Below, piece by piece: positions 61,790-64,000 of a stretch of 64,000 nucleotides of DNA. The position numbers and the translations under genes are program-made. The number at the start of each line of letters is the position of its first letter. The stretch's first letter is position 1. The notes below the pieces were generated by a model. That model saw only the letters and a program-made list of their open reading frames with translations. It was not told the origin of the DNA and made no database searches. The DNA is from Fibrobacterales bacterium (GTDB taxonomy: Bacteria; Fibrobacterota; Fibrobacteria; Fibrobacterales; JAOPTW01): assembly GCA_051532055.1 (NCBI GenBank), contig JAOPTX010000015.1:60173-124172 (forward strand), written 5' to 3'.

Positions 61790-62763
61790 AACAGTATAAA
61801 GTAGGTTTTTTGATCAACCCCATATCGGGTGGAGGTCAAGGGAAGGTTATTGCACGGTTTCTCCACGAAATAATGCGTTCATTTGCATATGATGAAAATG
61901 AATGGGTATTTGAATTCACAAAAATCGATGGGATGCAAGATCAAATAGAAGCAATGATCTCTCACTGTACCAAAATAATTGCGGTTGGTGGTGATGGCAC
62001 TATGAGTGTTGTGATGCAAGCCTTACTCAAGGCACAAAGTTCGAATGTTTATGCAGGGCTTATACCTCTGGGAACTGGGAATGACCTTGCTCGAATTCTT
62101 GGTATATATCGAAACTATACCAATCGAGGCTTACTCAATACCATTCGTAAACTATTAAGTTCTGAAGCACATGTATTTGATTTGTGGATGGTTAATAACG
62201 CCTTTACGCTAGCAGCATATTATTCCATTGGAGTAGATGCAAAAACAGCACATAATTTTGATGTGCTCCGGAAAAAAGGGAATGTGATTTGGAGCACTCC
62301 ATTAACTAATAAATTGTATTACTTCTTTTTTGGTATTAAAAATAGAGGGTACAAAATCCCATCTGACACTACTTTAACTTTTAAATCAATTCAAGGCGAG
62401 TATCAAGAAATGGATGTATCAGGTTATACCTCACTCATAATTGGTAATATTGGGTCTTATTCTGGAGGGGCAAAACCTTTTATAGACTCTGATTTCGCTG
62501 ATGGATATCTTGAAATTATTCCAGTAAAGAGTATGTTTCATCTACTCCTAGTGCTGGCCTCTGGTCGGGTACCACTCATTAAACAGATATTTAATAAAAA
62601 GCTTATTAAATGTTACCATGCGTCTTCAGTGCGTGTAAAACAGACAAAACGTAATTTCACTCAAATTGATGGAGAGGCAGTAACAACTGCAATGCGTCAT
62701 ATGAAAAATGTTGATATTACTCACGCAGGTAGGGTAAACCTTCTCTCGATTGAGTCGTTATAA
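61786..62763 (+). CDS. Diacylglycerol/lipid kinase family protein
   Basis: NPISG, GGDGT, PLGTGNDLAR, SIGVDA, DG.LE and QIDGE motifs. Confidence 0.88.
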   Translation: MKQYKVGFLINPISGGGQGKVIARFLHEIMRSFAYDENEWVFEFTKIDGMQDQIEAMISHCTKIIAVGGDGTMSVVMQALLKAQSSNVYAGLIPLGTGNDLARILGIYRNYTNRGLLNTIRKLLSSEAHVFDLWMVNNAFTLAAYYSIGVDAKTAHNFDVLRKKGNVIWSTPLTNKLYYFFFGIKNRGYKIPSDTTLTFKSIQGEYQEMDVSGYTSLIIGNIGSYSGGAKPFIDSDFADGYLEIIPVKSMFHLLLVLASGRVPLIKQIFNKKLIKCYHASSVRVKQTKRNFTQIDGEAVTTAMRHMKNVDITHAGRVNLLSIESL

Positions 62764-62771
62764 GTAATCTG

Positions 62772-63947
62772 TTATTCCATCGCTTTTTGAACAACAGCAA
62801 CGTTGTCAAGAAGTTTAATATTACGTTGTGGATAATGAACTTGATGTATCAGTATTGATGCAGTTACTTGGCGCGCTTGAATGATAATTCCTGAAGCGAC
62901 TATTCGTGGAGAAAGACCGGCTTTATTCTTGTGTTCGAGTATATGGATGGCATCGCCTGGGTGAAAGCCGTCTTTAGTACCTCGATTGATTGCTATCCAG
63001 TTGTGAAATTTCACATAGTTACTTTCATCAAAGATGTGAACAACAGAAGCCATCTTCTGAGTGTCAATACTCTCAACTGGTTGGTAAAAATTGACATACC
63101 TTAGTGTTTGTGGAGTGTAAACACGAGCACGGCTATGTATAGGGGATATAGGACCAAATGCTGATACTATTTGTGCCCTGGAATTAGTATCACTGATTGA
63201 CTTGACAATAGCTAATCCAATCGGTTTAACTGCCGTAAAAAAGACTGAATGGGTTTTTGAAAATAAAATGGGATAGCGGTCGGCATTATGGGTAAAGAGT
63301 TCAATGGTATCGCCACGAGTAAGACCGTCTATTGATCCAGCATGAAGAACAAATTCTTCATTGTTTTTCAAAAGGAGGCCACTACTTTGTAACTCTGGTG
63401 ATATTCTAAATTCAGTTGAATATGTTCTATAGTCTGAATAAGGCTTTTCTAAAAATGGCGCTTGTCTCTGGAGTGCTTGTTTGAGAATACGCGGCTGGGG
63501 ACGATACGCTAATGTATCGGGTATTTCACTTTTAAGAATATTTAATGCATCTTCTTCTTCAATATAGTTTTCACCAAGGGGGCCAAGTCTATTGATAAAA
63601 TTTTCGTGGAGGCGCTCTTTAATTCCTCTACCATTAAATTGTATCCCCTTTGGAAGAGTGTCAGGTTCAGGAGTCTCTTCAGTATAATCTTCTATTGGAG
63701 CGTCTGCAATGGATTCTAATTCCAGTTCTTCTGGTACTGGTTCTCCATCTAATGTAATCTCATCACCGGGATAGATTACATGAGGATTTTCAATGTGAGG
63801 GTTGTTTTCCCAAATGATACCCCATTTAAATGGGTCGTTCAGTACTGAATCACTCAGGTCCCAGAGCGTATCACCCTCTTTTACAACATAGGCAAATAGG
63901 AGAGGAGTTATAAGTGCAGTAATATACACTGTACGACGCAAAGACAT
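62772..63947 (-). CDS. Periplasmic LysM protein (TsaP-like architecture)
   Basis: YVVKEGDTLWDLS...DPFKW..IWE.NP.I.NPH.IYPGD at the N-terminus; C-terminal INRG..DG..PGD. Confidence 0.8.
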   Translation of the reverse strand: MSLRRTVYITALITPLLFAYVVKEGDTLWDLSDSVLNDPFKWGIIWENNPHIENPHVIYPGDEITLDGEPVPEELELESIADAPIEDYTEETPEPDTLPKGIQFNGRGIKERLHENFINRLGPLGENYIEEEDALNILKSEIPDTLAYRPQPRILKQALQRQAPFLEKPYSDYRTYSTEFRISPELQSSGLLLKNNEEFVLHAGSIDGLTRGDTIELFTHNADRYPILFSKTHSVFFTAVKPIGLAIVKSISDTNSRAQIVSAFGPISPIHSRARVYTPQTLRYVNFYQPVESIDTQKMASVVHIFDESNYVKFHNWIAINRGTKDGFHPGDAIHILEHKNKAGLSPRIVASGIIIQARQVTASILIHQVHYPQRNIKLLDNVAVVQKAME

Positions 63948-64000
63948 GAATAACCTGATAATAGAGTTTATTACTGATAATATAACTATTAATGGGATAA

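Overview
Gene-dense, AT-rich bacterial chromosomal window of core (housekeeping) genes from a diderm bacterium. An FCB-group organism, possibly Fibrobacterota, is my inference from the Bacteroidota-type sdhCAB, a T9SS/FlgD-like C-terminal domain and the gene order; it is not verified. Contents in order: tRNA-Arg(UCG); the bamA-skp-lpxD-lpxC-fabZ-lpxA operon; a GT-C/NPCBM membrane protein; an orphan fliN; a TSP3-repeat lipoprotein; the dcw cluster (mraZ to ftsZ); trxA and apt; pyrR-pyrB-pyrC'; an HDOD protein; two FKBPs; mtgA; a DTW protein; a cyclase-like/STAND/TPR protein; nadB; a SurA/PpiD-like chaperone; a TamB/TamA-like pair; the ndk-sdhCAB-gammaCA-DGK operon; and a LysM protein. I saw no mobile element, CRISPR array or clear defence island. 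The most notable observations are: (i) the dcw cluster lacks mraY and carries an intact but catalytically dead MurD-like gene; (ii) FtsZ has three copies of a C-terminal-peptide-like motif; (iii) BamA has a ~145-aa insertion within a POTRA domain; (iv) two oppositely oriented MraZ-box arrays lie upstream of mraZ; (v) the diacylglycerol kinase has eukaryote-type motifs; (vi) several intact ORFs look like pseudoenzymes. All calls come from motif recognition by eye; no database searches were run.
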